Counted from the stretch's first letter, positions 23,919-39,769 are shown. The stretch is 64,000 bases of DNA from Eledone cirrhosa (GCA_964016885.1 OZ024741.1:200198001-200262000); one strand, 5' to 3'. Numbers and translations are program-made. Notes: generated from the letters alone by a model not told the origin.

Positions 23919-26360
23919 ATGGAAAAACAATACTTGGGAACTTCTTTAAAGAATATACCATTACCTTCTAAGGATGATTTCTTACTTCTTATGATACAAA
24001 AAACCAACCAATTTATCAGAAGAGTCAGATGGAGGGCCTACCACTTCGATAAAAAAACAAAATGTACTGATAGGAAATATTTGTATGATTTCACTACATA
24101 TAAAAATCCACCACACAACTCCTTACTTGAAAACTTTGAGAAAGACCTTTTTAATTTAATCAAACACCTCAAATTTAAGAGGTATAAATCTAATTTTCAA
24201 AAGGACCTTGATTCTACCCTATTTAACCTAAAAAAATCTAAAAAAATCCATGTCCACTCGGACAAAACTGGAAATCTATATCACATGGATATTGAAAATT
24301 ACAATGAGTTCATATATAAAGAACTCAGGAAAAATTATAGAAAAACAAACAATGTGTCACTTACCAACATCAACAACAAAACACACAGCATAGTGAATAG
24401 ACTTAATATTGAAGATAGAACTGAACCTTTGGCATTGAAAAGACCACACTTCAACCTGAAAGATCATAAATCTAACTTTAACTCTAATCCTTCTATAAGG
24501 CTTATATGCCCTTCCAAATCTGATATTGGAATAATTAGTAAAACATTTTTAGATAGAGTCATCCCACAACTAAGAAAACATGTTAATTTACCACTCTGGG
24601 AAAACACATCCCAGGTAATTAACTGGTTTAATAATATTAGAAATAAATCCTCTGCTTCATTTCTACAATTTGATATAGAGAATTATTATTCTTCTATATC
24701 ACCTATACTCCTGAACAAAGCCTTGATATTTTCTAAAAATAGATCTAACTTAACTTTGGATGAAATTAATATTATTACACATGCTAGACTAATACTATTG
24801 GAATTTCAGAATGAATACTGGACCAGAAACACATATAGTAATCTATTCGATATTACTATGGGCTCATTTGATTCTGCCCAAATTACTGATCTTGTGGGCC
24901 TCTTTCTTCTTTTTAACATAAATGCTTCCTTTCCCCACCTTAAAGGTGGTTTATATCGTGACGACTGTCTTCTTCTTTCCAATAACCTTAGCCTCTCAGA
25001 GATAGAAAAAAATAAAAATCTTATTAGAACTTTCCTTAAAGACTATTATAGTCTAGATATTACATTTGAAAACACAAGTAAAGTAGTTAATTTCCTAGAT
25101 ATAACATTAGACTTATCTACGGGTATCTACCAACCTTACCATAAACCCAACCAAAATTTACACTACATACACTCACAGTCTAATCACCCTAAATCTATCC
25201 TTAAAAACCTTGCATATAATATATCACTTAGAATTTCTAACCTTTCGTCTAACCAAGATGTATTTGATAAAAATGCGACCTTTTATAACGAAGCTCTAGC
25301 TAGAAGTGGCCACAAAAATAGATTAGTATATATACCTTCTACCAATAACACTACAAGCATACAACCTAATATTACCAACAAACACCAAATGAAACATACA
25401 CACCTAAATGCCACTCACACTATACCCCAAAACACCAACATAAAACCAAATTTCTCTAACTCTTCTAATATACAGTATAGTAACTCTCAAAAAACTACTC
25501 TTCCTACAACTCTAATAAATGTTAATAATAAAACTCCTAATAAACAAGCTAAAACACCTAAATCTAAAATTGTGTGTGGTGAGGTCATTAACAATAATTC
25601 TCCTAATAAACATCAGGATGCATCCTATAAAAACAATAAACAACATCGAAACCGTAATAGACGAGTTACATGGTATAATGCTCCATTTAATTTACAAATT
25701 AAGGATAATATACCTAAAAAATTCTTTAATATCCTAGAGAAAAACTTCCCGCCAAACCACAAATACCATCAAATCTTAAATAGATCAACGGTTAAATTCT
25801 CCTACTCAACAACCAAAAACATAAAACAAAATATAAGTGCCTATAATGCATATAAATGTAAAAAAAACATGAGTAAACCACCAGTACATCAAACTAACCA
25901 TAATATCTCCTCAGATACAGGATTCACGAAAAGTTGTAACTGTAGAAACAAGGCAAATTGTCCATTAAAAGGAAATTGCCTTGTTAATAACATAGTATAT
26001 AAATGTAAAGTTAACACTAAGGACTCAATTTATTCATATATAGGAGCTACCTCTAACAAATTTAAGGTAAGATTTAATACCCACAAACATAGTTTTAAAA
26101 ATGCCGCACTAGCTAATACAACATCTCTAGCTGAAATAATTAATAGTTATAGAAAAAGGAATATAGATTATGACCTGACCTGGAGTGTGCTCAAAAGGGC
26201 CACCCCTTATCAAAATAGTAGATATGAATGTAGATTATGTTCCCAAGAACTTTTTGAAATAATGAAATCTAAGGATATCCTATTAAATAAGTGACAGGAA
26301 TTAATAATATCGTGTAATCATAAACTGAGAAAAACCTTTAAATATTACAAACCTAATTAA
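23919..26360 (+). CDS. Naiad-like PLE RT-GIY-YIG polyprotein (one in-frame TGA at 26292-26294)
   Basis: SLKNIP N-terminus, SDKTGN, LKDHK, FDIENYY, MGS, GLYRDD, CNC-x5-C-x5-C, IVY..YIG, CRLC; the frame continues past TGA to SCNH..KPN*. Confidence 0.9.
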
Positions 26361-26772
26361 TATACACTTTAGAAATTAATATATAAACTATTTTTAATTT
26401 AGTTAACCTATAATTAATATTCTACTACTGATGAACTACATAATTCTACTTTAAATATTATAAACCTAATTAATATACACTTTAGAAATTAATATATAAA
26501 CTATTTTTAATTTAGTTAACCTATAATTAATATTCTACTACTGATGAACTACATAATTTTGCTTTCCTTCTTACAACTATCATTTCCTAAAACTGATACC
26601 ATTAAGTAAACATATATAATGCTTTAACTTCAGGTTATGACTCTATGTTCCTTGAAAACTATATATATTTATTATTTCTCACTAATAAATTTAATTCCCC
26701 CCCCCAATAATTATATGTATATGTAAGTGTGTATGTGTGTATATATATATATGTATGTATGTATATATAATG

Positions 26773-26853
<81 letters not shown>

Positions 26854-27583
26854 ATATATATATATATATATGTGTGTGTATATGTGTGTGTGTGTATGTG
26901 TATATATGTATATATATATATATATATATATAAGTATATATATATATTATTTTTATATTCTTTTAATTTCCCCTCATCTTTAACAGCACTTTTCAACTGC
27001 ATCTTACTCTTATTTATCATACCTATATGTATTAGTACAATTTTATCAATATAAATATACCCATCAATTAAATTAATTTATATTCTTTTCATAGATGTAT
27101 TTTTTTCACTAACATTCTTATCGTAAAACTTTAGTCACCTTAGATATTTGTATTGGCATTACTATTTTATAACAGCAACTGCTTGTATACCTTTTACTGA
27201 CCACCTGACCTATTTTCACCCCTAAAATAAGCTTCAATTACTACTATTTTACCATTTGGCCAATTATTAACTTTCTATTGGTTAATTCTAAACCTCTTAC
27301 CAAACAGACAGAATATATTAGATCTTTGTTGGTTTTATTCAATGAACAAATAAAATTATTTCTGAGGTCAGCATAAGACCTATTTCTTCCCTAAAATAAT
27401 CCTTCATTCATAATATTCTTTTCCATCCAAAACTGAAATCTACCTTCCTCTACCCATAATTTAAGGTTCTTCTACTACTATATTACTATCTTGACCCTCA
27501 CTATCTCTCTATTGGTCAATTCAAAACCTGTTCTCAAACAGACCTATTGTATTGAATCTTTGTTTTTTTTCAATAAACAAATA

Positions 27584-27725
27584 TCATTATTTCTGAAGAC
27601 AGCATATATATGTGTAGGTATGTATATTCCCTCTGATAGTTTGTATAAATATTGTACATAGATCTATAGAATATGCATACCAACTCTAACACATATATAT
27701 CCTAGAAACGATCGTAAAATGATGA
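27584..27725 (+). ncRNA. Hammerhead ribozyme with ~105-nt stem II region
   Basis: TCATTATTT-CTGAAGA..ATATATGTGT...ACACATATAT..GAAA-CGATCG-TA-AAATGATGA. Confidence 0.75.
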
Positions 27726-27774
27726 ATTTTTTTAATATAAGGAACTGTTTCTTTGTTTATTCATTATTTTATTA

Positions 27775-27823
<49 letters not shown>

Positions 27824-27899
27824 TGCTACTGGTAGTGCCTTTGCTCACTATAAAAGCTTCACGGCACAGGCATTGCTTTATATCTGGAGATCTCTCTGC

Positions 27900-28090
27900 A
27901 CTTGTCGTCACATGGTACCATGGGCCCAGCACTATGTGTCAATAATTGTCACAAGTGTAGTGTTTGTACCAGAGTTTTCAAGTCGCTGGCTGGACTAAGA
28001 AGTCACATTCGTTCAGCGCATCGGTAGGGGTTCTCCTACATGGATATAAAGTAGTGGCCGTACTCGAAAACGAGTTGGCAGCCACCATAT
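27900..28090 (+). mobile_element. RTE-type LINE 3' end
   Basis: C2H2-like CSVCTRVFKSLAGLRSHIRSAH*, then short hairpin CTCGaaaaCGAG and a repeat tail. Confidence 0.6.
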
Positions 28091-28104
28091 ATATATATAT
28101 ATGA

Positions 28105-28320
28105 AGGCGTGTGGCAGAGTGGCTAGAGAATTGGATTCACAATCTTGAGGTTGTGAGTTCGATTCCTGAACGGGGCGATGCGTTATGTCCTTGAGCAAGA
28201 CACTTTATTTCACGTTGCTCCTTCTACCTGGAGTTGCGACCGATAGATAGTAATAGCAATTGGAAAGACCAACGGAAACATTGTTTCCTAGGTCCGATTT
28301 GACGAAAGTCGATCGATCCC
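28105..28320 (+). mobile_element. tRNA-derived SINE (second family)
   Basis: A-box TGGCAGAGTGG, B-box GTTCGATTCC; body shared with 9467-9600 and 4336-4435. Confidence 0.8.
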
Positions 28321-28326
28321 CCAAAA

Positions 28327-28379
<53 letters not shown>

Positions 28380-28563
28380 AATTTTTCTCGCGAGTCAGTT
28401 CTTTCGTTGCTACGGTCCCTGCGGCTGAATTACCGGTCGCTATATTCAATTTGCAAACCCCTTTAAACGTAATGTTATTACCTTAAGGTTTTATACCTTA
28501 TCGAGTGCTTGGCTGCTCTTTCTGATTGCATTCGTTGGCTTAGCTGCGGCTCGAGCTGTACTT

Positions 28564-28637
<74 letters not shown>

Positions 28638-28716
28638 CTATCCAGACAGCCTCCAAAAGTAATGGTTGTATTTTAAAAGGGTACGTCAAACCTATTTGTA
28701 AAACTGTTATACATTG

Positions 28717-28781
28717 TATTTTGTCTGATGAAGGCATACCATAATTTATTGTGATGTCCCTGAAATATGTATAATGAAATA
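28717..28781 (+). ncRNA. Hammerhead ribozyme
   Basis: TATTTTGT-CTGATGA-AGG..CAT...ATG..CCT-GAAA-TATGTA-TA-ATGAAATA; stem I has G.U pairs. Confidence 0.65.
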
Positions 28782-29013
28782 AATATGGTTTTATAAATAT
28801 AGTTTCCATTTATTAATATCGTATATATATATATATACGATATTAATAAATGGAAACTATATTTATAAACCATATTTATTTCATTGTCTGCATATTTATT
28901 GATTGTCTGCATAACTAATACTTTGTAGATAGCAGCTGTTTTCAGGTTATGTAACTGTTATAGAAACACGTGTCAATAAATTCCTTTCAACTAAACTGTA
29001 TCCATTCAAATCT

Positions 29014-29048
<35 letters not shown>

Positions 29049-29496
29049 AGCATTTTAACCACTTATACTCTCATTTCCATGCAGTTTATCTTCCTCGTAT
29101 ATTTTTTCTTATATTTTTTCTCATTTTGCATATATATACTTTTTGTTTTGATTCATGTGATAGAAGAAGATATTAGCGGCTGATGGCCAATTCTATTGTC
29201 CAAGCGGTCAACCGCCACTGGCAGGGCAACTAGCAGTAAACTATAGCCGTCTCATATTACAGACCTGGATGGGTGTGATTGTTTCGTTAGGGTATGAGGG
29301 GACCTGCCTAGGCGAGTTTCATAGAGTTTGCGGTAGTGGATGGTCAACTTCCTCCGGACTTGCGCCTGCGCAAACCGGTGGGGGTGAATTGGGGCTCACA
29401 AGGGAACGAACGAAGGATTCAAGAACACCTGCTTTGTCCGTTGCCTTGTCAATTCAGTTTGGATAACCTCGGGAACATAACATTATTATGTAAGAA

Positions 29497-29571
29497 GCTG
29501 TCTGATGATGTCACGGCACTGGGTACACCGAAGAGTGTGGCCACTGTCATCATTGAAATATGTATCACAGC
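29497..29571 (+). ncRNA. Hammerhead ribozyme
   Basis: GCTGT-CTGATGA-(46-nt stem II region)-GAAA-TATGTA-TC-ACAGC. Confidence 0.72.
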
Positions 29572-29631
29572 ATTATCATTAAAGGACTTTAACATCTGAA
29601 ACTACTTTGTATTTTCTTATTATATATATAC

Positions 29632-29668
<37 letters not shown>

Positions 29669-30144
29669 TAAAAAAATAGAGGTGTGACACACGAGTTGTG
29701 ATATATTAGTAAAAAGGAAAAGAAAATGCTGACAAATTTTTCCCAGTGAAAAATAGTTTAATTAGGAATAAGTATAAATTAGTAATAAGTATTGGTTAGT
29801 ATTCAGTTTTAGTTTTAAGTTTTTACCGGTTGCACATTTCTAATGCGTTTCAAAAATAATTTTGAGATAGAGCGGGCGTGATGTTTGCTCTAATCTGATC
29901 AGTTTTGGAAATTCTTCCTGTTTTATGTGAAAAAAGTGGCTCCAGAGGTATTAAGATTTGGTTGGTTGTTGAATGTCACTTGAATAAGTACTTAAATTTC
30001 GCGCCAATACGTGTTACAAAAATTCTTGTAGTCAAAACAATTTTGATTGGTCGGTAGAAGTCACGTGAATGTTAAAATTGATTTTAGCGCGAACTGGTTT
30101 GGCGCCAAATGTAGGTTTGTCGAAGAGTGTCCTTTTCCGCTTGA

Positions 30145-30662
<518 letters not shown>

Positions 30663-30793
30663 AGCAGAGTGGTTCGTGGTAGAGGGAATGAATCGGTCAG
30701 TAGGAATGTGTGTGTATGTATGTGTGTGTGTGGGGGGGGGGGTTATTTTAACATGTTGAAACATATTTTTCAGCTCTTGTCTTATACGTAGAA

Positions 30794-30880
<87 letters not shown>

Positions 30881-31342
30881 TGTGTGTGGATGGACCAGTA
30901 TTTTTGTTGTACTGGTAAAAATGGTGTGCATTATTCGATATTTTCAGTAATTTGCAAAAACGATTCTCTCAAAAGAACATCAATAACATCAATAATAAAA
31001 GAGGTGAAATGATGTATAGTATTTTCATAACAACAAGGTGTGTGTGAGTCCAGATTATATGTACTGCAAGGGGAATCCATTAGGCCCTGTCGCATGGGAT
31101 ACTTGTGTACAAATATGTATGTGCCCATCAATGTGCAATACATGTGTGTGTATGTGTATGTGTGCACGTCGGCACGTGTATATCTATAAACATCAAAAGG
31201 TATGCAAATTTGTGTATATTTGTGTTGCACCATAGGACATGTGTGTTTACGTATGTCATTGTGTTTAAAAGTGGATATAAATGTATGTAGGATGTATGCT
31301 GATGTAGGTATTATGTCAACGAGTGTATGTTGTGGGTTCGTC

Positions 31343-32125
31343 TTAGGGACAAGTGTTTAGACGGGGTCCGTATTTGTTAATAAAGTGAGATTCCTTGCTG
31401 ATGCGCTGGGTGTGGGTGGCATTATCTTTAAATTTGTAGAGGGGAAAGATTCTAAAGTTGGGATGATTTTGGGTGGCACAGGTATCATTGTGTTCACTCA
31501 GTGCTATTTTTCTGTATTCCCGTATTTTGATTTGGGATCTATGGACAGTCATGCGTTGGCGGAGGATGTTTTTAGTCTGGCCTATGTATTGTTCTCGACA
31601 ACCTGAGCAAGTTAATACATATATTGGATTTTCTGATGCACATGTGAAATTGTGTTTTACTATAAAACGTTGTCCTTGTTTAAAATAGAATTCCGAACCA
31701 TCTATTAGGTTGATGCATTTGCCACAGTTGCGTCTATCGCATTTTTTTTACTGTAGGTTTCGTTGTTGTGGTTGGCAGTACTTTGGCATGTGTTAGGATG
31801 TTTTTCATTGACTTAGATTGTCTTTTGCTCTTTATGATATCGTGTGTTTGGTTCATTCTATGGTCCTTTTTTAACACAGGGATGTCCTGGAGGATGGTGT
31901 CAAAGGCCTCATTGCTGAGGGGTTGTGTGTGGAGATGTATGGAAGAGCTTTTAGTTTCGGTTGATTTACTTTAGAGTGTCTAAGGTCCTGGGTACTGAGT
32001 TTTATGGCACGTTGGATTCCATTGTCAATTAGTGATGCAGAGAAGTCCCTGCTTATGAGTGTGTCCTTTAGTTCTTGTAACAGGTGTTTTTATTGGAGAC
32101 TATAATAGAGATTCTCTTGGCTATC
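31343..32125 (-). mobile_element. PLE 3' fragment (thumb, Zn-linker, GIY-YIG)
   Basis: RRNCGKC..FTCASENPIYVLTCSGCREQYIGQT..RQRMTVH..E..FI....P.LN. Confidence 0.85.
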
Positions 32126-32605
32126 ACGTACTTGCACGTACAGATAAACATTTCACCATTGACTTTAATGGACATAAAGACAGTCTCTATTGACAGACTA
32201 AAGCGTGCGTACACAGATGCTCTCACACCGGAGCCTCATACTCCCCCTCCTACAATGTGTCAATACAAGCACCACCGCAAACACTACAATCACATACAAA
32301 CACTCCTTTACCTTCAACATACATCACGACAACTAGCAGTGGTCGTCAGGTCCATTGGCCCAAGAAACTTTCTTACATATGAACTATTCTTTTTTTTTTC
32401 TTTTTTTCTTCATTTTTGTATTTTCTTTGCATGACTTATGTTACCTTTGCAGACATTTTCTCCTCATTTTTATCGACTGCTTTCCAGTCTAAGCAGAGGG
32501 TGATGTAGTGGAACTATGTCGCACCTCGCAATAACAACATTTTAATATGCAATAAGGTCAAAATCGACTTCCTCTCCCCTCAATCTGTTGGCCGCATGCC
32601 TTGGG

Positions 32606-32788
32606 TTGGCAGTATCGGTAGAGAGTCGGATGCCATGCTGTGACGCATAGAGTTACGGCCCTTGCCATTCTGAGTTCAAATCCCGCCGAGGTTAACTTTG
32701 CTTTCATACTTACGGGGTCGATAAAATAAAGTACCAGTAATGCACTGGGATAATTGCTGGCCTTGTGTCAAAAGTAGAAACAATTATT
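32606..32788 (+). mobile_element. tRNA-headed SINE (major family)
   Basis: Same A/B boxes and tail as 13639-13818. Confidence 0.9.
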
Positions 32789-33695
32789 AACAAATAGTTT
32801 TTATCATAACTTATTCTTTTAAAATTAGATGATATTTTTTTAAATCTAAATTTTGATTACAATTCGTTCCTAATATATCACAGCTTAAGAAATTTCCCTT
32901 CGTTTAATTGTTCAATAATTATTTACTAAAGAAAGACATTGCCTCCTAATTTCAGAACATTTTCCTTATTCCTCTTCTCTATTCGCTAACCTAAAATTCT
33001 CAATCTAAAATCTAATTCACTAAATATATTTCTCTACAAAATGCTATTACATTTTCTTTTCATTCCACGAACTTCCCTCCTAAAAAGATCACTACATCTA
33101 TCCGCCACTGACATGGGCGCTGACGATTTACTCGGTCCATTTCACTTTTACAACACTATACTACCTCTCTATCTGTATATTTTTTTATCCTTTACCCTCA
33201 AGTTAAACATTTTTTTTTTCTATTCATTAACTTTCAGACTCTCTGGGTATATGTTTCCTTAATTATTAACTAACAATGTTTTTTTCGATTTTTTTCCAGC
33301 TGGCCAAAAACGTTATTTCCCATTTAATTGGCTAATAATTACTAAAGAAGGTTATTCATTGTTTAATTGTTTATTAATCTAAAGTGTTCTTCGTCATTTT
33401 ATGGTTCAGTAATTATTTACTTCAGAACATCTTCATCTATTTACGTATTAACTTAAAGATTCTATCTGCTAATTACAATGATATATTTTCTTGAGTTTAA
33501 TTCTTTCCTTGTTTATGAATTAAAAAATTTGTCGTCTTTTCTCAGCTAGCCAGATCATTATATCTATAAACCACACACTGTCCTATTTTACACTAGAACG
33601 ATTGTCTTCTTCCTAAAACATTAAAGGGTCGTCTCTACTCTACACTGTCTCTGTTATTTTAATACAAACGTGACGGAGAGTTTGAATAGCAATAT

Positions 33696-33880
33696 AATTG
33701 TTTCTACTTTTGGCACAAGGCCACCAATTACCCAGTGTATTACTGGTACTTTATTTTATCGACCCCATAAGGATGAAAGGCAAAGTTAACCTCGGCTGGA
33801 TTTGAACTCAGAATGGCAAGGGATGTAACTCTATGCGTCAAAGCATGGCGTCCGACCCTCTACCGAAACTGCCAATCCAC
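33696..33880 (-). mobile_element. tRNA-headed SINE (major family)
   Basis: Reverse complement of the family sequence. Confidence 0.9.
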
Positions 33881-34364
33881 CAATGATAACTTAGAGAATG
33901 AAGGTGGGAAAGTAAAACGACGAGCGTGATGGGAAGAATAGAGTGATAGCATGGTAAAAGAAAGAAAGAAAGAAAGACGGCAAAATATACATGCTAGTCA
34001 CTGGTAGTCAGTAAGGAGATTGAATAGAAAACGTCCGTATCATCTCCTGGTCAGCTCGGTCTGTCTGGTCTCTCGAGTGCTGTCTGAGGTTTTTCACCAG
34101 AGAGCGAGAGTGAAATTGACCATGTATTCATACGCAACTTCCCATTGGTCAGTTTGATCTTATTGCATATGAAAATGTTGCTATTGCGAGGTGCGACGTA
34201 GTTCCACTACAACTATAATAAATAAGGTTGGTGAAACTCTGTGTGTGAGTTAAATTTGTTGCTGAACTTATTGTTAACTTTCACCTTGCTTACTGTACTT
34301 CTGTATATAGCTTGTACGTGTCATTCATCTATCCTTAGCTTTCTAAGCAACAACTATACTACAA

Positions 34365-35050
34365 AGCAGGGAACCCTGTCAAAAGCCTTCTCCATGCAAG
34401 GGTAAGTTAAGTATAGATGCTTTCTCCTAACTAAGTAATTATCTTGTAATTGTTTCACTATGAAGATGACATCGATAGTACCACTTTCTGGTACAAAGCA
34501 AAACTACATCTCATCTACGATAATTCTTATCCCGCTTAATTACACAATAACTCTTTCCATAACTTTTGTAAACAGGTCCAGCAATTTGTTTCCAGCAATT
34601 TGTCTCAGTGACAATCCATTCGCTTCTGCAGCGACTAACAATGATACAGTGGGTATGACTCCTTCCTTAGTACCTGATTGACTATGCGAATGACAAGCAA
34701 CCGATCCACTTCACAAGATGTTATAAATATCTCGGAAAGTATCACTGCCTTCAGATCAGTAATTTCATTTGAACGCGTGCTGCTATCAGTTTCAATGGCT
34801 GGTCTTTCTGTTGAGTCTACTTATTGACATGCTCTCTCATGCGTTCTTCCCATTCATCAATCTCTCATAATAGCATTCCATGGCTCTTACTTTTCGGCGT
34901 CATCAATAGGAAATATTTTGTTACTCTTCCTTACAATGATTCGATTTTCTTTGGTATACTGCTTTACAATCCGGAACACTTCACACCACCGATTCTTACA
35001 TTGCTAAAAATGTATAAATCTTTTACTTTCTGTTTCTTCCTTTGCTAACT
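34365..35050 (-). pseudogene. Degenerate RTE-clade RT fragment
   Basis: Manual translation: KVMERVI..F.FVP..GTIDVIFIVKQLQD.YL...MEKAFDRVP, with stops. Confidence 0.7.
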
Positions 35051-35149
35051 ATATCTGGTGTTAAGCTTCTCTTTTTTAGATATATACAATTTTATGTAAA
35101 ATGTACAATGTTAAAATATATCATGTAAATACAATTTAATAGAAAACAA

Positions 35150-36120
35150 AGGAAAAAAAATTATATTGAGAAGAAAGAATGGAATGTAAAATAAGAAAAT
35201 ATAAAGAAAACGGGAAAGGAAAGGAAAGGCAAGGGCTCTAGTGTCATAGAAGAATGAGGAGGGGGAGGGGCATTTGGCTCTGGGCCTTGAGTGAGGTGGT
35301 TATGGGGCTGTGCCGCGCGGCCAATGGCCAGCGACACCTGCTGCAACAGCCATCCCACCTCGCGGGGCTCCTTATTCTGACAGGCAGCCGACATTCCGAC
35401 CTTGCGGAGGAGCTCAGCAGTACGGGGTCCAAGTACACCGGAGGTTTCGATGGTGACTGGTGCGAAGAGGAAGTGGCCGGACAATCCTCAGTATCTTCTT
35501 GCGGGCCGCAGTACCGGGGTTTGTGGCCGAAGCAACTAAGTTGGAAGCGGAGAACGCCACACAGCATGTGGCTTCCCAGATGAGGGATCGACCTCCTTCG
35601 AATAGGATCTTGCCGTCTCCGCAATCGAGGCCTGCTGGCTCCAGTTGTGATGGGAAGCCAGCTACATCCAGGCTACTTCTCAATATGTCGTTTAGAGCTG
35701 CATGTCGGGGGAACCGGCCCGCGCTCTAGCGGCAAGACTTAGTTTAGGCCGAACTTGTCAACGAGCATTTATGTGGCTCACACCCGCGGAGGCTGAGGCG
35801 TTGGGCTACTCCGATACGTGTGCACTCAGCATAAAAAAAGGGTATCGGTTGACGAGGAGGGCACCGAATTGAGCCATGCACCACTGTATGGCTGTAAAGC
35901 AGATCGGAGGCAGGCAAGGCGGTGTTGGTCCAAGCCAGACTCGATCCGTCTGAGAGAAGACCTGCATTTGATTTCGTCCCAGTTACGTTGCACATTAGTA
36001 TATGGGGGGACAAAGAGGCCCTCACCTGTCCAGTCGGCCAGAGCCTGTTCAAGCTCTGAGGCCATCTGGCTGAGAACCTCGCTGACGAGAACGCGACTGG
36101 AGGAGATTGAAGAAATGTTA
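35150..36120 (-). mobile_element. CRE-like RLE non-LTR 3' fragment
   Basis: SGAWLNSVP, LEPAGL, LIWEAT, FAPVTIETSGVLGP, QQVSLAI. Confidence 0.8.
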
Positions 36121-36185
36121 TTTGAAATTCCTCTTTAATGCACCTCCCTCATTATTTCTTACCTTTTATGGCTCAATCTACAATA

Positions 36186-36370
36186 GTGGATTGGCAGTAT
36201 CGGTAGAGGGTCGGACGCCATGCTTTCCAGCATAGTTACGTCCCTTTACGATCTGAGTTCAAATCCCGCCGAGGTTGACTTTGCCTTTCATCCTTACGGG
36301 GTCGATAAAATAAAGTACCAGTAATGCACTGGGTAATTGCTGGCCTTGTGCCTAAGGTAGAAACAATTAT
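36186..36370 (+). mobile_element. tRNA-headed SINE (major family)
   Basis: Family sequence match. Confidence 0.9.
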
Positions 36371-36755
36371 TTCATCACTACGTCCCCTTGCGTGTAGCTG
36401 GAACCATGCAACGGCCATAGATCTGGTCAGTAGCACTAAACAGGCTGTCCCATGGGAAATCTCAGTCGTCCTCTATATTGCATATTTCTATTTCCACCTT
36501 TCTTGGAAGTTGTTAAAATGTCGGATGCAGTATCTGTTCCGACACGGTACGTTCTGAGTTCAAACCCCGTCTTCTGTCACCAGAACTGTGGTGACGCTTC
36601 TACCAGACGGTGTCAGCAATGGAAAGACTAATGGAAATATAGTTTTTTGGGTTCGATTTAAAGTTACTCCCCTGAAATTAAAACTAGTCATTGGCTCTTT
36701 AAGCTGAAGCCTCATAAACGTTTACACTGAGTTTTACTTTTGCCCTTTTCAGACG

Positions 36756-38100
<1,345 letters not shown>

Positions 38101-38115
38101 TCAAAAACCTCGCAA

Positions 38116-38177
<62 letters not shown>

Positions 38178-38505
38178 TGATCAATAACGCGCGTCACCAA
38201 TCAATGAACGTGATGAAGGGATAACTGGAACACACGTCGTCGTAAATGACTGACTGAGTGCCAGTATATATAGGTTTTTACATTCATTTAAATTATTGAT
38301 TTATTGATATTTTATTTGAGTGACCCGAATCTTCCTGGTCGTTCTTTTTCGGCTGCATGGGTGATTTTAGGCATAATCTTTGTGTGTTGGTATTTTAACG
38401 ATAGTTATAGCTCTGATTTATCTGAATTATTGAGCCCTCTGTCACTCATGTCGGATTTGTTTATCGTTAATTCGTGAGCTGATTTTCCGATACTCGATTA
38501 TTCTA

Positions 38506-38536
<31 letters not shown>

Positions 38537-38588
38537 AGATGAATATAAAATGAAAGTGCTTTTTTTTAAAAAAAGGAATTTATTAGGT

Positions 38589-38706
38589 ATTAACATATGT
38601 TTCTGTAACAGACGGAATACCTATGTATCGCTGCTTGCGTAATCATATAATGTTAGCAAGTATTCGATAGCAAATGTATAATCAGTTGTCACTTCTTCAG
38701 AGATTT
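38589..38706 (-). ncRNA. Hammerhead-like motif, long stem II, degraded stem I
   Basis: CTGAAGA-a-GTGACA...TGTTAC-a-GAAA-CATATG-TT. Confidence 0.5.
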
Positions 38707-39123
38707 TGGATAAATTGGAAAAAATCAGAAAAATTGAAGTATTTATATTAGTTGTAATAGAGGAAGAAGAGAGGGGATAGTATATGACAGATGGTAATTC
38801 AATTTACTGCTAAACAAGTATATAAAGGGTTTCTAATGAGAATACAATGAGTAAATGGTTTATTTTATCTAAATAAGAATTTTTGGGAGTGCCTATTTTA
38901 ATCTATACTTGACCAATTGAACAATGGACAGGGCTGGTCATTTGGTGTAGTAGTAATAATTATAAAGTGTCAATTAAGGAAGGGGGAGATTTCGATTGCT
39001 ACTGAATAACATCAATGCTAGTAGCCAGCTGGTATATGCATTAGGGAATTGAATTAAGAAATCTCATTTTATCTATAGCAGTTTATATTAAATGGTAAAT
39101 AATCACTACATTATTGATAACCA

Positions 39124-39313
39124 GGGCGGTGGATTGGCAGTATCGGTAGAGGATCGGACGCCATGCTTTCCAGCATAGTTACGTCCCTTTACGATCTGAG
39201 TTCAAATCCCGCCGAGGTTGACTTTGCCTTTCATCCTTACGGGGTCGATAAAATAAAGTACCAGTAATGCACTGGGTAATTACTGGCCTTGTGCCTAAAG
39301 TAGAAACAATTAT
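39124..39313 (+). mobile_element. tRNA-headed SINE (major family)
   Basis: Family sequence match. Confidence 0.9.
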
Positions 39314-39324
39314 TGATAACCTGA

Positions 39325-39413
<89 letters not shown>

Positions 39414-39769
39414 TACATATATGTTTACAGATGCATATGTGAGGATGTACGCAGGCACGTGCACACGTATACTATTTTTCTGGTTTCAGTCTTTTTAGCT
39501 CTAGTCATGTGGAGGCATCACCATTATGCATATTGCACCTTGGTGTTTGGTATTTGCTGAATGTGGGAATGTGAGGTCTCTGTGATTAGTAGCATTTCCC
39601 GATTTTGACATTCCAGATTTTGACACATTAGGCAAATGTCTTCTATAATAAACTTCTTTAGACAAAAACCTGGTGAGTATAATTTTAGAAAACATCAGAC
39701 GGAAATATTGTTGCATTGAATAAAAATACCTTATGACATTCTGTCCTGTTCCAGTTACATTATTTTACA

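Noticed and set aside
25930-25985. Selenocysteine codons in Naiad Zn-linkers (also about 5370-5410, 12370-12412, 56410-56460)
   Set aside because: No TGA at these positions; they read as Cys codons (one Tyr)
26355-26560. Two CTGATGA words in a ~113-bp tandem duplication
   Set aside because: No matching stem II/GAAA/stem I found; treated as a simple duplication
39489-39670. Possible host exon (TTTCAG...GTGAGT)
   Set aside because: Stops in all three plus frames and no recognisable protein; cannot be supported without RNA data
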